Shown in pieces: positions 1-14,039 of a stretch of DNA of 64,000 nt (position 1 is the stretch's first letter; every line of letters begins with the position of its first letter). The notes under the pieces are model-generated. The model ran no database searches, had not been told where the DNA came from, and worked only from the letters and a program-made list of their open reading frames with translations. A program made the translations under genes and the position numbers. Location: positions 54,171,109 through 54,235,108 of the forward strand of contig NC_068990.1 in assembly GCF_001194135.2 (NCBI RefSeq). Reading direction: 5' to 3'. This DNA comes from Octopus bimaculoides (Eukaryota).

Positions 1-135
1 AATATCTCATCCACTATTTAAGTATTACGTGTTAAAAATGAAACAAAAACACTCATGTCAAATACTTTCACTTTGAAAACGAAACTATTCCACTAACTGA
101 AACAATCACATTTCGATACTGTAATGACAGATACT
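1..135. repeat. Partial unit of a ~89-bp minisatellite-like repeat (also at 1419-1590)
   Basis: actattccac...tgtcaaatactttcactttgaaa...gaaactattccac matches the units at 1419-1590. Confidence 0.75.
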
Positions 136-186
136 TNNNNNNNNNNNNNNNNNNNNNNNNNNNNNNNNNNNNNNNNNNNNNNNNNN

Positions 187-255
<69 letters not shown>

Positions 256-418
256 TATATGTATACATATAGATGTATATGTACACGTATATGTATATAT
301 ATATATATATAGATCTATATGCATACATGTATACATATGTGTAGATGTATATATATAGATGTACATGTAATATCTACACATATATACATGCATACAGATA
401 TCTATACATATATACACC
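187..418. repeat. (TA)n/(GA)n microsatellite and TA-rich low-complexity tract
   Basis: Direct reading; explains the spurious YIYI/ERER ORFs. Confidence 0.95.
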
Positions 419-1418
419 CATTAGTCATTTGTTTTCTTATCCAAAACTACGTCAGAAGTACTGAATGGATGGAAATTATATTCTATACATAATGGCCATA
501 ACCCCCATGAAAATTCATATATTTTTGATGTTGATGAAATTTTAACCATACATATTACACACAAATAAAGTAATATTTCTAAATTTTCTTCTTAGAAGTT
601 ACCAAGACCCCTTCATAGGGACTTCACACCCACAATTTAGTCATTTTTCCTAAGCAAAAACGAATACAGTTGTACCATTGGAAGCTATAGGGTCACCCGA
701 ATGTAACAGATGAGCATTATTTGTAATTCAACGGTACAACAGTGTAAGACTATCCTTTCAGATATACTTACATTGTGATTTCTGCAATGTGGTGCATAAA
801 TTGTCAAGTAAATGAGACTCATCTTTGCCTCCACTGATTCACTTGCAAAGTGTTGAGTAAAATTATTTCGTTGCAGACCTCCTTTGAGTCTTTTTATTAT
901 CACTGCAACACATATAGTCCCCAGTTGGTAACATTGATTTCAAGGCCTTCCCAGATGAGTTACTGGTTGTTTTAAGACATTTATTGATTGTAAATATTTT
1001 CTGCCCAGTTACCTATCGGTAGAGTGGTCATTTGCAAACTCCAGAGGCGACACTTTCATTTCCCTTTACTCCAAACGTCACACGTTGTTATTTCAATTGG
1101 GTCATGCCCTTCCAATTGCTATAGATCCATAACACATCTTACAGCTGTGCCTGTCATCTGTATGGTGAGGAATCCTACATTGGGGAGTAGTAACGACTAC
1201 GCTACGGTGGCTGACTGATTATCATGATCATTTGTCTTTTGGTTTCCTCAACAGGTCTTTCCAAGTGGAGTTTAGTGTCCAATGAAAGAAGGAAGGTATG
1301 CATAAGTGGACTGGCTGAGGCCTTAGATTTAGGTCTCACTTGGCTTGCCGGTCTTAGGTCAAAAAATTTTTTAACTTCTTGCATAGTTTGAGCCCACAGC
1401 AATATCATACCTCCTCCA

Positions 1419-1590
1419 CTATTTCAGTATTACATGTCAAAAGTAAAAAATAATAACATCACTCTACTGTAATGTCAAATACTTTCACTTTAACACTGAA
1501 ACTATTCCACTATTTCAGTATTATCTGTCAAAAGTGAAACAATAACATGTCGCTACTGTAATTTCAAATACTTTCACTTTGAAACTATTA
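1419..1590. repeat. Two tandem ~89-bp units with internal inverted AAAGTGAAA/TTTCACTTT motifs
   Basis: ACTTTCACTTT recurs at 1481-1491 and 1570-1580 (89-bp period); AAAAGTGAAAC at 1530-1540. Confidence 0.8.
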
Positions 1591-1983
1591 AAGTGAGACT
1601 ATACTCTCACATATATACAGGCATACTATAAGACCCAAGTTAAAAACATTCCCAACAATTCAACTTCTCTGGTTGACATTAACACACCCACCCCCAATAG
1701 GGGCCTTCATTCCCACATTATAGAGCTCCATTTTTCAGGAGGAAAATCCTTTTTACAGGTTTCAAAAGACTGAAATTTTGGAATATGTGCATAAAGATCA
1801 ATAGTATGGGATACATGTCTCATGATTAGAATTTTTTAGGGTGTGTAAAGAGGGAAAGAACCCTCATGTGCAATTTTGATGAAATTCGAATCATATGTAT
1901 TCCAGTTCTTTACAGAAAATATAACAGAAAAGTCTCATTCTTCAATTGCATGTAACACGGGCAACACTGGGTATCTCTGCTAA

Positions 1984-3100
1984 TATCATCATCATCATCA
2001 TCGGTGTTTAAAGTCTGCTTTCCATGCTAGCATGGGTTGGATGATTTGACTGAGGACTTGTGAAACCAGATGGCTACACCAGGCTCCAATCTGATTTGGC
2101 AGAGTTTCTACAGCTGGATGCCCTTCCTAACGCCGACCACTCAGAGAGTGTAGTGTTTGCTTTTACGTGCCACCGGCATGAAGGCCAGTCAGGCGGTACT
2201 GGCAACGGCCACGCTCAAAATGGTGTATTTTATGTGCCACCCGCACAAGAGCCAGTCCAGGGGCACTGGCAACAATCTCTCTCGAAAGTCCTTACACATG
2301 CCGCGGGCACAAGTGCCAGAAAGGCGACGCTGGGCACAGGTGCCTTCACGATTTCGCTTTTNNNNNNNNNNNNNNNNNNNNNNNNNNNNNNNNNNNNNNN
2401 NNNNNNNNNNNNNNNNNNNNNNNNNNNNNNNNNNNNNNNNNNNNNNNNNNNNNNNNNNNNNNNNNNNNNNNNNNNNNNNNNNNNNNNNNNNNNNNNNNNN
2501 NNNNNNNNNCTTGCCGGGTCTTCTCACGCACAGCATATTTCCAATTGGCAGAGTTTCTACAGCTGGATGCCCTTCCTAACGCCGACCACTCAGAGAGTGT
2601 AGTGTTTGCTTTTACGTGCCACCGGCATGAAGGCCAGTCAGGCGGTACTGGCAACGGCCACGCTCAAAATGGTGTATTTTATGTGCCACCCGCACAAGAG
2701 CCAGTCCAGGGGCACTGGCAACAATCTCTCTCGAAAGTCCTTACACATGCCGCGGGCACAAGTGCCAGAAAGGCGACGCTGGGCACAGGTGCCTTCACGA
2801 TTTCGCTTTTCCCAATAAGTCTTCGCAAGCTGAGTTTCGTGTCCAATGGAGGAGACGACGTTGGCATGGGTGCCAATCGTTGAATTTAAACTCAACTTCG
2901 ATTTCACTTGCCTCAACAGGTCTTCGCAAGTAGAGTTTAGTGTCCAATGAAGGAAGGTACGCATAAGTGGACTGGCTGAGGCCTTAGATTTAGGTNNNNN
3001 NNNNNTACGCATAAGTGGACTGGCTGAGGCCTTAGATTTAGGTCTCACTTGGCTTGCCGGGTCTTCTCACGCACAGCATTTGGCAGAGTTTCTACAGCTG
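1984..3100 (-). mobile_element. 3' end/UTR of RTE-clade LINE (or derived non-autonomous element) with (GAT)n tail
   Basis: (CAT)n then tccatgctagcatgggttgg...ctacagctggatgcccttcctaacgcc; the same sequence adjoins RTE RT fragments at 26623-28107 and 36820-39000. A related UTR fragment lies at ~1230-1370. Confidence 0.8.
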
Positions 3101-3599
3101 GATATATATATATAGTGGGTGAGAGATGTGTGCAAATGGATAATGGTATACTTGCACTTAGTGACTCAGAGAAGAAAGACAAGTGGAGATGCCATTATGA
3201 AAGGTTATTAAATGTGTAGAATGATTGGGAAAAGGAGAATCTTTCAAATATCAAACCAATTGAAAGACCAGCCACCAGAGTTGATAGCAGTATAATAAAT
3301 AAGACAATTTATCTCTTTCTTCCTTACTCTACCACCTCATCTATTCTCTGATCTTTGTTACTTCCTGGCATTTCCCCACCATCTCTCTCCTGCTCTCTCC
3401 CTTGCTTTTCCCTCTGGCTAGGTACCAAGTTTCTCCTTTACATTAGCACACCTATTTCTGTCCTCTTTCTTGTACTTCCTCCAAAGCAAGACACCTGTTT
3501 CTGCCTCTCTGTCACACTCTAACCTTTTATCATCTGACACTAGATCTCCTCCTCCAATTCCTGCTCCTCTCTCTAAATTCCTTATTTTGCAAGTTACTT

Positions 3600-3765
3600 G
3601 GTGACCCTGCCAGTGCTGGTACCACAGAAAAAGCATCTAACCATAAGAACCCTGTCAAAACAGGTAATGTAGCCTAGGGTAGTCTTCTACCTGGCCGGCT
3701 CTTGTCAACCATCCTACCCATGCATGCATGAAAGACAGACATTAAACAATGATGATGATGATATA
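3600..3765 (+). mobile_element. Diverged RTE LINE 3' terminus ending in (GAT)n
   Basis: cccatgcatgcatgaaagacagacattaaacaatgatgatgatg resembles the reverse complement of the other RTE tails. Confidence 0.6.
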
Positions 3766-3768
3766 TAT

Positions 3769-4688
3769 ATGAGGCGTGTTCAAAAAAGAATCTGACTTAA
3801 TTTTTTCCTGCCAAAACTAATGCTGCATGGGCAAAATCCTTTGGGTGGGAAGTAATGCCACCCTTCCTGCATGTGTGAGAAAATTTTCCTAACTTAAGTC
3901 AGTTCCCAGCTGTTACACCTAGAGTACAGATGTGCAGTGCATGCTTGTTGGATTTTCATTTTCACTGAATGCATCAAGTTTTGCCAATAGCTTGTGATAC
4001 TCAAGCTCAACCCACCCAGAAGATTCAGCAGGCTTTTGGCGAAGGTGCCACGGGCAAAACTCAGATCAAAGAATGGTACAACTGCTTTAAATATAGTTGC
4101 ATCTCAGTGGAGAGCAAGGAACGCTCAAGTAGGCCATCCACAAGCCGAAACAAGGGGCTGATTGAGAAGGTTTGGCAAATAGTCATGGAAGATTCATGTA
4201 ACAATCCAGGAAATTGCTCTTGAAGTAGGAATAAGCACAGGATCAGTGCATCCCATTTTAAGGGAGGATTTGTGCATGTGAAGAGTGTCGTCAAAAATCA
4301 TTTCCGAGGTGCTGGCAAAGCAGCAGAAGCAATTCTGCATGGAAATTGCTCAGGACATGCTGGATTGTGCCAACTACAACCCAGACTTCATGAAGACCAT
4401 CATCACTGGTGATAAGACATGGGTTTATGGTGTCTGCTTGATACGTTTGGTCACTTTGCATGAAAATGAAAATCTGATGAGCACATACTACACGTCTGTA
4501 CCCAAGGTGTAAGAGTACACAGCTGCATTCAAGGCATAAGAGCTGGGAACTGACAAGGCCTACCAGTGCAAAATTTTCACACATGTGCAAGAACGGCAGT
4601 TCACCTTCCACACCACAGGATTTTGGCCATGTGACATTAGTTTTGGTCAGAAAAAATAAAGTTGGATAGTTTTTGAATGCACCTTGTG
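3769..4688 (+). mobile_element. Internally deleted mariner (Tc1/mariner) DNA transposon
   Basis: Degenerate TIRs (tgaggcgtgttcaaaaa ... tttttgaatgcaccttgt) in TA context; ORF pieces QQAFGEGATGKTQIKEWYNCFK...RSSRPSTSR (HTH) and IITGDKTWVYG (first catalytic D motif). Confidence 0.88.
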
Positions 4689-6809
4689 TATACAAACACA
4701 CACACACACTGCATGGATATGAGGTCATCAACTAAACAATATATGTTGATGAGAGAGAGAGAGAGAGAGAGACAATGAAAATCTGTGCACCAAACAGAAA
4801 TTATGAATAAAATATTTTTATTTGTAAACAATGAATATGATCTCTAGTTTAAGGCTATTTCAATACAAAACCCTGTCATAAAGAGAGAAAAATAGTCCAA
4901 CTGTAATGGAGATGTAATTTCTAACAAATGAAGCTCTTAACTTATTGTTCTTAGCTACTAACTACACACATCAAAACCTCATCTACTTCATTTTATATTT
5001 TTTCTTTTGTAGTTAAACAAAATGCGAAAAAGAAAGATAGCCGTAGCCTATTAATAAATAATGAGACCATGCATATACTTCAATACTCTACTACAATATT
5101 TCTTTATTTTCATCATCTTTTCTTTTGATAGTTGAGCTACCAACGTCTCACAGTCTAATCCAGTGGACCATGTCAGAAAAGCAGCTAATAACTGACTAAT
5201 GTGTTAATAAAATTTCTAAAATAGAATAAGTTTGTTTGTTGAGAAGTGAATTCTGTTGTTTGGGGGAAGGTCTTTCTTGGAAGATATGAGAAGTGTATCC
5301 CTTTCAAAATTCACTTTTCTTTACAACCCACAAATTTATTCTAATTCATAACTTATACCAACAAGTTTTTGCAGTCAAACAAACACTATCTTGCTTCAAC
5401 TTTATATTTGTTTATTATTTGGTACATTCTCTAACCATCGCTCTTTAAATTTCTACTGATCTGTTTTGAAATTTAAAATTTAGAAAATAATAAATGTCAT
5501 TTTTAAGGATCCTATGTTAAAACAAACTCCAGGAAACAGTTCCTTCAATTTTGACAATTCCTTAACAGGTTACCTAACCTATTTAAAGTACAGATGCTTT
5601 TAACAATTATTTGTACACTATTGACACTTAAATCTATTTCATACACTTGTAATTTAATCTCACTTTAGTGAAGTATTGTAGTATTTGTTGGAGCATGATA
5701 AGCAAATAAAGTAGAAAGGTGACTTGAGAACAATGTACTTTTTACCTATATTTACATTAAATAAATGACCTCAGGATTTCATACGACAAATATTTTAGTG
5801 ACCACAATAAAGAGAATGTGACAATATCACTCTTTCAATGGACCATACTTGTTTTCTTCAATTCCAGTCTTTCAAGAATATACTCAATTCTTTCAATTTG
5901 AATTTTGTGATAAATGAACAAACACTTTGTCAAATGCTAAGGTATTTATAGAAAAAGAGAAAGTGTTTAAAATAGCCCTCTGTGCATTATACTTAGTGTA
6001 AATACATTGCAAAAAAGCAAATTTATTGCAGTATTTATCTTGAGATAATATCATTTCTTATGAACATACTGTGTTTAAAAACATGATATATATCAAAGGC
6101 AGGCAAACACTATCCTAGCAGCAGGTGGTGAGAATGCTAGATACATTGCAGTCTCACTGCATTTGTTAATAGAATGTACTCACAGCCTACTGCACACTAA
6201 GTTGAAATTTGTCACCACTGATATAGGAAAACAGTTATTAGACAACCACTGGAATGACAAAAAGCTGCCCAGCTGAATAAAAATCCATTATATGCAACAA
6301 AAACAGTATTATACAAGAATAGCCATCTGTCTATCATAATGTAAATACATTGTGAAAAGAGTTTAGTTATATTCACATACAGTGAAATGCTAATGTAATG
6401 GTATGTTATTTCCTGTTAGTGTGCTATACTTAAATATTCAAATTATTTAAACTCTTTGAAATTCAATATATTTTTAAATGTCATACAAACTTCTTTGACA
6501 TATCACAGAGTTATTAGATTTTAACACCTTTCATCTCCCTTCATTCTTCCTTAGCATGGATGTGATAGCTTTTGTGATCTGAAAATATATATTTCCACAA
6601 ATAGATGCTCTTGTGACAATTAACCACTTCACTGTGAATTAGAAAAATGACTTGATAATTAGTCAGTAAAAATAAAGCCAACAGAGTGTTGTGTATTTTC
6701 CAGTATCACAACCCTGTAGCTGTAGCATTAATGTGTGGAACATACCTATATAATCAGTAGTGGCAATGGTAGTGATAAGTATAATTCCATTGCTGAGAAT
6801 AAGGGACCA

Positions 6810-7200
6810 TAGACACATGCATTATTTCCCTCCATCAATTCCTGCCTCTGGCCAGAGATTTAGTTCATTCTTTGATGTCATCCAACCAAAATCTTTTTGA
6901 TCGCCACCTTTTGTTTCCCATCTTCCCTCTACAGTGTGGTGGTGGTGGGGGTCGTCGAGATTCTGAGCCCTGATGACATACCCAAAATACTGCAGCTTTC
7001 TCTTCCTGATAGTTGCCATAAATTCTCTTTCTGATTCCATTTCAAGTACTGACTTGTTTGTTCCATGGCCAATCCAGCTGATCCTCATTACTCTTCAATA
7101 GCACATTGTTTCAAATGTTTTGAGTTTGGCAGCATTGTTTGCTCTTAAGGTATAACTTTTACATCCATACAGTAAAACAGTCCAAACTCATGTCAATGGG
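6810..7200 (-). mobile_element. RTE/BovB-type LINE RT C-terminal fragment
   Basis: RISWIGHGTNKSVL...TIRKRKLQYFGYVIR...VEG matches the RTE post-RT motif RISW..RTN..VL...IRKRKL.YFGH. Confidence 0.8.
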
Positions 7201-8054
7201 CCATTAATGTAACATCTGTTACCCAGCACAATACTACAATTAGAAAATAATTGCCCAAGGTACCACATACGAGTCACACCAAGAAGCAAACTTCTTGATC
7301 ATAACGTTATTCTTGCATTAATGTTTAAATTAGCAAAGATAATTCTATTCACTTTTATTAAGATACCAAATTAGAAATATTTGGTTGAAGAGAATAAATC
7401 TTACAGCAATTACTAATTCTATCCTTTTTGATGCCAACCAGCCTGAGACTGCCCTGAGTTCTATGATACAAACTTCTTGCTTTCAAGTGAAAAATCTTAC
7501 ACCAAAATTGCATGTTCCAAACACAAGCTTAATAATGACAAAGTGATATTACTAAATCCCTCATTGTTTTTAAAATTAATTGTATATACCAACAGAAATA
7601 TAGTAACAACAGGGTTAAATGCCTCCTCTTCCAGCTCTTAACTATTTCTTTCAATATATGTGGTTATTATTATATCTGACAATTAATCAGATCACAGTAT
7701 GAAATACAAGCTTGCCCTTAACAATCTAAGGATAATCTTGGACATCATAAAAACATTGGAAACTATAAAATATATTTTAAAGCATTATATAAATGTGATG
7801 ACAAAATGTTGGATTTAACACTCCAAGTTTTCATATTTTAATTATGTTCATGCAGGTATTGGTCCAAGCAGAGGACTTAATAAAACTAAAACACAATTTT
7901 TCAATCAATACATTTTTCTAGTATATGCAGTACAATTCCTAAGAAGACTGCACATGTATAATAGACTGATAAACATTAGCATTATTTCACTACAAAAAAT
8001 AATGTCCCCCAAATTTTAAGCCTTCTGCCTATAGTAGAAAAAATTATTACTATT

Positions 8055-8270
8055 AAGATGGCAAGCTGGCAGAATTGTTAACATGCTGGGCAAAATGCCT
8101 GGAGGCATATCATCCATCTTTATGTTCTGAGTTCGAATTGCACCAAAGTCAACTTTGCTTTCATCCTTTTAGGGTCAATAAAATAAGTACCAATCAAACA
8201 CTGGTGTCAATGTAATCAACTAGACCCCTCCCCAAAAATTTCAGGCCTTGTGCCTGTTGTAGAAAAGACT
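8055..8270 (+). mobile_element. tRNA-derived SINE, family 1
   Basis: A/B-box-like head (agctggcagaattgttaa...gagttcgaatt) and core gtcaactttgctttcatcctttt.gggtcaataaaataagtacc; same family at ~10545-10705, 46945-47160, 58350-58490, 59090-59280, 60855-61027, 61830-62045. Confidence 0.85.
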
Positions 8271-9599
8271 ATAATTATTATAACAGCTAAGTATCAGCAG
8301 ATTTTTTTAGCCTCCCTTTGTTCCAGAATATCAATAACAAATATTACATCACTTTCATAGTTTACAATTAGACCTACATTAGACTGACCCAACAGATCTC
8401 TGATAAATGTACATGAAGAACAAGGAACAAACATAATGGTACACAAAAACAAATCACTCATGTTACTCAACCATTCCTGCTTTCAAGAGGTTTGGTTGAG
8501 GGTATCTAACTATAAAACACCACTACGATTGAATTAATCCAAATGTTTCAGGAGGAAATTGCAACTTAGGTAATATTCTGAAAGAAATGTATCATAGATA
8601 TTTCCTTGAATATTTCAGTGTTCCCCAAAATTCTGTGAAAAAATATTGGGATTTACCAACTGTCTTTTATAATTTAAAAAATATTTTATAATAAAATGAT
8701 ATTTACCATTTCTCAAATATTAAGTTATTTTATATTGTTGCTTTTTTTATATGTATTAATTCTTTCTGTCAAAAAAGAATATGTATTAATTCTTTCTTTG
8801 AATGTCTCATTAAAACAAAGGTGGTGGCAGGTAGTCTGTAAACTATAGATATGGGTTCCATCTGTTCAAAATATCATATACACATTCCATGATAAAATAA
8901 GTTTAGGAATCAGAGCACAATAATTCAGTCAGAGTCAGCACTATTAATTTATTGTCAGTCATTTTCATCACATTTTGTTGTCAACAAGAAATTTTCTGGA
9001 ATTTTGTTTTATGCAATAACAATTATACAGTAAAAGAATTTGTGATTCATGTAGAATGAATAGAAATGGCACCAACCATTTCAAGATGTCATTAAAACTT
9101 TCAAAAGTGATTGGCATGTTGGTAATGAACCAACCAGAGAAGGACTCCAGTTATTATTTGTATTGTTATTAACTGAACAATGCAAATTCATTGCTTTTAT
9201 TTTTACATTAAACCATCATGTTAATTTGAGTGAGATGAAGGCTCGGTTGTGTAAATTTCCATAAATCCAAGAAAAATGGCCAGGCAAATGGTGTTTAAAT
9301 CTAGATGATAGCCTTCCTACAGTTCTAACAATTCGACTGTAAAATGGAATTGAGAAGTTGGCAAACAAAGTATACTTTGTTCCCTGTGAGCACAGTGGAA
9401 AGGCTGTAACAAAGTACAAATGTATTTATAAGCCACTATTTCAACTGTGTGAAAAATAATGGTGCAACAGACATAGCTTGGCTCAGATCTATAGTTACAC
9501 ATTCACATCTTGACACAATAACATCACGTCAATTTTGACAATATGTGTGTGTGTGTGTGTGTTATTGTTATTAAGTTAGTACATGCTAATTTAATTAGT

Positions 9600-10380
9600 A
9601 GGAATTTTATCTAGAGGTTTGGTGACAACAAGTCCCCTCAAATCTCAAGAATCATCCTTGGGAATCTGGCAGAATATAAGACTGTTTTCCTGCATGTTGA
9701 TAATCCAAGTTTCAATTCCAATCTCTTTCAATCTTTTAGGTAGCAATTTTGGTGTTTGTGTCAAGTGCATCAGTTACCACAAGAATAATTGTTATCTTAG
9801 TTTCCAACAGTCTCTTCAGCTTTAGCTACATCCTGATATTTCTCAAGTTTTTCAATTTCTTTGATATCAACTGCTATCATAGGGAATTGCAAAATATGAT
9901 CTTACACTGTTTATTTTGTCTTCTATAATCATATCTAGTTTTGTTTCAATAATATGGTCAGATCCTGTAATTCTCATTTTCTATCACAGCTGCTAGTTCG
10001 TGTTCAAACAAAGTTCCTGTTATTTTGAAGCCACACACTCAACTAACATCTCAATGCACAATCATGTCTGTGCTTATACACACCCACCCCTTCTGTACTA
10101 GCATACTGCACTCGCTCAAGAAGTGACTGATACTTTTGTCACCTTTCCTGCAGATTCTACATTTACTGTCTAGGTTTTGTCAATCTGTTCTATTGGCTTG
10201 TTTCTGAGGAGCTATAATTAGTGTTTTGGGCTCTCATTTCAAGACCCCATCCATCAACTAGAGACAAACTGGGTTTGTTGCATGAAATGGCCATGTAATT
10301 ACATTTCTTTGTTTGCTTAATCTGTTGTTCTTCCTTTTTTGTGTTTGAATTCTCCAACTATTTCAGCCACTTTATGGGTA
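9600..10380 (-). mobile_element. 3' relic of a restriction-like-endonuclease non-LTR retrotransposon (NeSL/R4 type)
   Basis: Manual minus-strand translation gives SKCRICRKGDKSISHFLSECSMLVQK (CCHC finger), then YKHRHD and EKLEKYQDVA, the usual order in REL domains; frameshifted. Confidence 0.8.
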
Positions 10381-10503
10381 TCTGGCTGCTAACAGTATTC
10401 TTACTTTACTCTGCACAACACAATTTTTCAAACCCAATATAACTGTATTAATAATTTTTTCTGCATTCATTAATTTTCTACCATCTTTTTTCTTAGTAGT
10501 TAC

Positions 10504-10545
<42 letters not shown>

Positions 10546-11149
10546 GGTGAGCTGGCACATTGGACAAAATGCTTAGTGTTATTCTTCTATTTTTCATCCA
10601 TTTGGGGTTGATAAAAGTACCAGCCAAGTACTGGGGGTTAATGTAATTGACTTACCCCTTCCCCTCTAAAATTGCTGGCCTTGTAGCAAAATTTGAGAGT
10701 AATATAATTATTAATCAGTAGAAGTTACAAAGTGATTCAGGAGCAAAAGTTTTGTGCATGACACATGGATTAAGTGCCATACAGGAAACTCTTTGTAACT
10801 TCTGCCAATAAAAATAATAAAACATACAGTATTACATTGCGTTCTATCAGTTTTGTTGGTGTGTGTGTGTGCATGCGTGGTTGTGCCTGTTTTTTTTTTT
10901 TCAGATAGAGGCATGAGAAAAATTGCACAACTAAACTAGAGACTCTTTTACTGGTTCCAGGCACTGTGCTCTGGTTATACTGCAGCACTGTCATCAAACT
11001 GTTCAAATTGTGAGATGCCAACTTTACCATGCAACAGACTAGACTGATAACATATTCATGGTGGTGGGCCTGCATCTTATTTGCTAATGTTTAGGAAACT
11101 AATTCCATGCCAAAGGATTGGTAGGAGGAGATTTTCATTGAAATCACCA

Positions 11150-12290
11150 TTTAATGTCTGTTTTCCATGCCGGCATGGGTTGGATGGTTTGACAGGAGCT
11201 ACTAAGGCAAGGGGTCACACCAGGCTCCATTGTCTGTTTACGCATGTTTCTATGGCTGGATTGCCTTCTTAATGCCAACCACTGTACAGAGTGTACTGGG
11301 TGCTTTCTACATGGCATCATCACTGGTACTTTTTACATGACACCAGTGCTGACAATCTTGTCAGGTACCCCCTGCCCCCAGATGGGAGGGGGGCTTTGTG
11401 CCAGTTGATGAAAGATTAATAGTATAGAGGGACAGGGGTAGGTGTTCTGCTGTAGATTAGATACATGAATACTCCAGTTGAAAAAAAAAAAGAGGACAAG
11501 TTAGAGGGTAAGATAAAGAGAGCAAAAGTGAGAGAGCCGGTGGTGAAGATGTGTTGGGACATACCCTCGAGGGGCACTGGGTGGTGAGAATAAGTGGGGT
11601 GAAGCAGAGGTTTGGATTGATTGGGTGGGTAGGGTAGGGGCAACTGAGGCAAATGAGGGAGTGAAATATAGGAGAGGCTCAGGAGTGGGGATTGTAGTAG
11701 GTATATGGGGGCATTGAAGGTAATAGCAGATAAGCAAGGTATTAAAGATGGAGATCAACACAGGGGAGAGAAGACACAAATAAGCATTAGCCAAGGTGGT
11801 TTAGGATATCAATTCTGCTGTGGTGGACAGGTCTTCGTAAGTACAGCAAAGTGCCAAAGACCTCAATCGTTTGTCATCTCCTTTGTAAAACTCAGTGTCT
11901 TCAGATCAGCCTTCATCCCATGTCTTCCTGGGTCTCCCTCTTCCACTTTTAAGTCAACGACACTTCTTTATATAAACATTTACATCACATGACCAAACTA
12001 GCAGTCTTCTCTCTTGTACACTGCATATAATTCCTCTTATGCATAACTTTTCTCTCAATACACTGGTGCTCTGTCACACACATTCACTGACATTGCATAT
12101 CCAGTGCATTCAAGGCCCACATCTCACTACCATGTAGCATTGCTGTTCATATACATACATCATAGAATTTTCCTTTAACTTGGAGAGAGAGCCCGTTGGT
12201 TGCCAACAGAGGTAAAAGCTTCCAGAATTTTCTCCATCCTATTCTTATTCTAATGATTACACTTTCTGTAGATCCTCATGCAATTATCAT
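11150..12290 (-). mobile_element. RTE LINE 3' fragment (RT C-terminus plus purine-rich 3' UTR)
   Basis: 3'-end similarity to the other RTE tails (ccatgccggcatgggttggatgg...caccaggctcc); WRKFWKLLPLL-like residue pattern near 12200-12240. Confidence 0.65.
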
Positions 12291-14039
12291 CTCTAAAACA
12301 GAATAAAATTCCATTCCCTAGGAGAGAACTTACACATATTTATGGCCTTGTCAAATAAAAAAAATAGTAATAAAGAAATAAAATAAAATCAAAAGCATCC
12401 AATAATTGAAGAAATAAAACAAAATTGTTGAAATAATTTCAGTTTGGATTAGTTTCAGACATTGCATTACAATTGTCCATTATTTTCAGTGGAAGTATCT
12501 AAAAAGTTTCCTCAAGTGAGCAAACTATGAAGTTACATCGGAATACTGTATTGGACGATAGTCTAAACTCAGGTAATTACTGTCTGGCTGTCAAATATGT
12601 ACTATTATGTAAAAGAGTTGAGCATAGATCAAGGCTTGTTTACATTTAATAGTCTTCAACTACTACTATGGCTCAGAATCTTGGAAAGGAGAGTTAAGTG
12701 GATTGTGAACAAGTTGTTAAGTAACAATGAAATGAATTAATTCAATCCTAATCTTAAGCTGCTGAAAAGGCCACCATGGAACCTAATTTCACCACTAGAC
12801 TAAATACATTTAGATGTGATTCCTTATATATTCAACAATAGTTGACAATACTTTGAGTAATGTTAAGGTAAAGGAAAACAACCAAAAAAATTCTGATGGT
12901 GCTAACTGGTTGCAACCAACAACTAAACACTAACTGCTTTTTTTTGTACTGACAGAAATAATCATCTCTCCAGAATTTCATACAACAATAAACAGTCTGG
13001 TTCCAAGTTAAAATAATGTCTACAAAACTGGGCAAGAATAAGAATAAACAAAGAGAATTAGGAAGCAAGTCAGAATAATTTACATAAAAAAATACTGGAT
13101 TTCAAAGAGTTGTCACTTTAATATTGAGATATTTTAAAGTGTGATGAAGACAAATAGTTAAATGAAAGGCTTTGATTAAAACATTACTATATAAAGATGC
13201 AGACAGTAGCCAACCAGTTAACTAGACCATGAAAACAGGCAGAGACAGACTAGTAGACAGAGAGTAAACAAGGCTTGGCAGATAGAAAAACTGGATATGG
13301 TCAAGAGCTGTTGGCTCATTTAGTGGTGAGTTTACTGCATGTTGCTTTAAATAGTGAGTCATGAATCTGACCAATACATCTAATGCTACTTGAGCTTCCA
13401 CAGATGAGTAAGTGACTTATTGTGGTATTTTATATTGGATCACACAAGCAGAGCTTGCTATTTCCTAAATAGCACATCCAGACAAGAAGGAAGTCATTAC
13501 ATCCACAAAACACAATAAACTTGAGGATTTATTAAAATCCCACTGCAAGTAATACTCCAGGTCTCTAAAGATAAAAACCACTTTAATCCAACCCAAGTTA
13601 ACTGTGGATTCTTCAAGATCGCATCTGATAAGTAACATGGTTTGCTGACACACAAACTCTAATATCAGGCAATACTTATTTCTCAATTAGTTCAATTGAA
13701 ACAAGTACTGAACTGATTATAAACCACTGTATGTGGGGGAAGGAGGGGAGTGTAATCAAGAGACAAACACTTTAAACATTCAGCCTTTAGGTCTTAATGT
13801 CATCATCATTATCATTGCTTTCATGTCTTCTTTTCCATGCTTGCATGAATTCAGACAGAATTTATTGAGGTAAATCTTCTGCAGCCAGATGCCCTCCCAT
13901 TGCTAATCCTCACCCATTTGCAGGTAAGTGATATTTCTCATGGCCAGACATGCTTTTGTAGAATATTAGAAATGAATGATACAGCTGGTATGACAGTAAC
14001 AATCAAAAGTATCACATGATACTAAGACAAGGACACTCA

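Noticed and set aside
2100-3060. Apparent tandem duplications (2100-2361 vs ~2540-2810; ~2960-2995 vs 3006-3040)
   Set aside because: Identical sequence on both sides of N gaps is the typical signature of unmerged overlapping contig ends.
6184-6272. Minus-strand exon-like segment (…VVTNFNLVCSR, resembling SLC22 TEFNLVC)
   Set aside because: The similarity is a few residues only. It is out of phase with the IRF exon (stop codon if joined), and no other transporter exons are present.
12490-12571. + strand exon-like segment with good splice signals
   Set aside because: All three frames contain stop codons; no other evidence.
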